Source: Thalia democratica
Taxonomy: Eukaryota
Length of the DNA stretch: 64,000 bases
Reading direction: 5' to 3'
NCBI GenBank assembly: GCA_965202585.1
Contig: OZ241826.1
Location: forward strand, 88,846,001-88,910,000
Made by a program: the position numbers and the translations under genes. Within the stretch, counting starts at the first letter, position 1. Every line of letters begins with the position of its first letter. The notes under the pieces are model-generated. The model saw nothing but the letters and a program-made list of their open reading frames with translations, was not told the origin of the DNA and made no database searches. Positions 61,838-64,000 of this stretch are shown piece after piece.

Positions 61838-64000
61838 TTTTTATTAGTATCAAAAAACTTAAAATATTTGAAAACAAACGTATTGATAATCATTTTGTAC
61901 TAAAATAAAACATTATTAATATATACTTAGCTCTGTAAAACTTCACCTGGATGAAAATTTTTAACAATAAAAAGCTAACAAATACAAATTTAATATACTT
62001 ATGAAGGCTAAAAATATAATTGTTAGTTTTCATTTTTTAAATCAAATATTAGTGTATGTTATTTCTATTTGTACAAAAACATAAAAATTAGAATCAAAAA
62101 TTATATCATTGTGTGTTTAAAAAACATTGTTTAAAAAAAGAATAATAAGTTGGTGTCTTTGTTGTAGCGTACTAAATAAAAAGATTTTTTTGATTACAAT
62201 ATATGTTTATCAAGAGTTGTAGCATTTTTATTAAAGTTTTAATAATTTTCTAACTGTGTATGCAATCCTTAAAGTGTAGAAAAAATTTAGGTCTACTACC
62301 TCTAATGCTTTTTTATACTTTTTCATTAGATCTTTGAATTTAAATATCAAGAATTTATGCAATTGTTTAGGAAACTTTGGGAGTCTCAAATTTATATACT
62401 TAGAAAGATTTTTGGTGAACTAATGTTCTTAGAGAATTTTTTTGAACTATTTTCTATGAAAAATTTCCTACAAAACTGTCAACATTTGTGGTAACTAAAA
62501 GTTATAATTTTGTAACAAGTAAATTAATATAAAAGTTTTTATAAACAACTTACTTTTGACTACAGAAAGTATTGAGCCCCCTATCACCTAAATATTGCTA
62601 AATTTTAATTTACAGGTATTTTATTTGTTTTTGAATTTCTAAGCCACTGCTTTAAAAGAGATAAGTCTACAACCGTTTTAAAAAATATTTAAATGTATAG
62701 CGAAACTAATAACTTTTACAAAAAGTAGATAAATAAACAATCTTCTGAGTGATTGATTGTTATGTAATAATTCTTATAAAAAAAAATTATTAAAAGGTTT
62801 CATCTTAAGTGCACAGACAATAAATATCAGCCCAGATAAAAGGAAAAACAAACAACAAACAAAATGAATTGTTGTGAAGACAGCTTTTAGATGAGATTAC
62901 AAGATAAGCTTTTAAGCACTTCATACAACAGCACCTATTTTATTTTCGTTTACAACAACTATTGTAAACATTTTCTTTACCAAGAGTGTTTTACAGTAAT
63001 TTCATTGTTAAACGGACTACACGTTATTTTCATGAAAAAATTGAGACCAAGTTTACAAAAAATAAAAGTAAACATAAAACTCACTTTATTACAACAATCC
63101 AATTTGAACTGTTTAATTTTGCAGTTATAAAGTTGTACTAATAATTTAGCAGTATAAATATACTGAGCAATAAGTATAGTGAATAATTATTTCATTTGTG
63201 ATAACTACATAACTAGAAATGTATAACATTACTTATTTAATAATGTTTAAAGTATTATTTATAATGTTTTGAAATACCTATACTTTATTAATATTGTTTA
63301 TTCCGGAATTATTTATATCTAGGATTGCCCTTAAAAGAGACCAATTATTTCTTAGTTAGTACAAAAGTTTAGGTAAATACTAAATACATAAATGAGCTTT
63401 TAGCGTTACTTGTTTATTTAAAATTGCAATAATTTAGACCTATTTTACAACTGATCAAAAAAAATACAGGTTGAAATGCTTTTTATTAGTTTTAAGTATA
63501 AGATGACATTAAATAAAAGGATTGATTGGACTTTAATAAGCAATTCACTGCTAAATATAACTACATACAATAACTTAAAAGAGTTTTTAATGATTACAAA
63601 ATAATCCAACAAACATCATTACTGGTTACTTAAAGTTTGCTATTTATCAAGAGTCAGCATTTTTAGAGTAGGTCTACAGATAAAAAAGTAATTTTGGTGG
63701 AAATTTGTTCATTTTGAATTTAAATTTTGACAGAGGCTATATTAGTTTAAATAAAAAATCAAATTAGACTTTATAAAGTCTCAAAACTAGCTCAAGCAGC
63801 TTGAGTATTTTAAGCAAGTTGCATATTAGATAGTAATTGTAAATTTAAACATATTTTAGCACATAAACTACAAAAACTCACATAAGTATTGACAACCAAT
63901 AAAATTATTGTAAGGTGAAAGACTTACAATAATTCATTACATTAAAATTAAATACTTTTAATTCAACTTTAAAACAAATTTCTATCAACATTTATTATTT

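Noticed and set aside
1-64000. CRISPR arrays, rRNA, tRNA, prokaryotic or viral genes, autonomous transposase or RT ORFs
   Set aside because: No spaced direct repeats, cloverleafs, rRNA signatures or long intronless ORFs were seen.

Overview
Very AT-rich, intron-dense eukaryotic (metazoan) genomic DNA using the standard code. The extreme abundance of TGACGTCA in exons makes me suspect a tunicate/ascidian, but that is inference only. Three genes could be reconstructed by hand. (1) 482-46962 (+): a ~97-exon, frame-intact, highly divergent axonemal-type dynein heavy chain (~5,100 codons in the window, N-terminus upstream of it). Its main ATPase site AAA1 and the AAA4 P-loop are degenerate, while the AAA2/AAA3 P-loops, stalk and microtubule-binding domain are kept, and it carries a ~230-aa acidic C-terminal extension. 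It looks like a motor-dead or structural dynein. (2) 48469-50707 (-): a 5-exon PIM-like/CAMK-group Ser/Thr kinase, convergent with the dynein. (3) 54262-61837 (-): a 4-exon gene for a ~179-aa low-complexity protein I do not recognise. Two dynein introns hold sense-strand minimal type I hammerhead ribozyme motifs of the Penelope-like-element kind with compensatory stem I changes. Non-coding DNA contains several non-autonomous DNA transposons: a hAT MITE inserted into a copy of itself, a three-level hAT > MULE-like > MITE nest, and TTAA-flanked elements. About half of the dynein 5' splice sites have a pyrimidine at +3. No CRISPR, rRNA or tRNA was seen. All exon boundaries and motif alignments are manual and need confirmation by RNA-seq and HMM searches.
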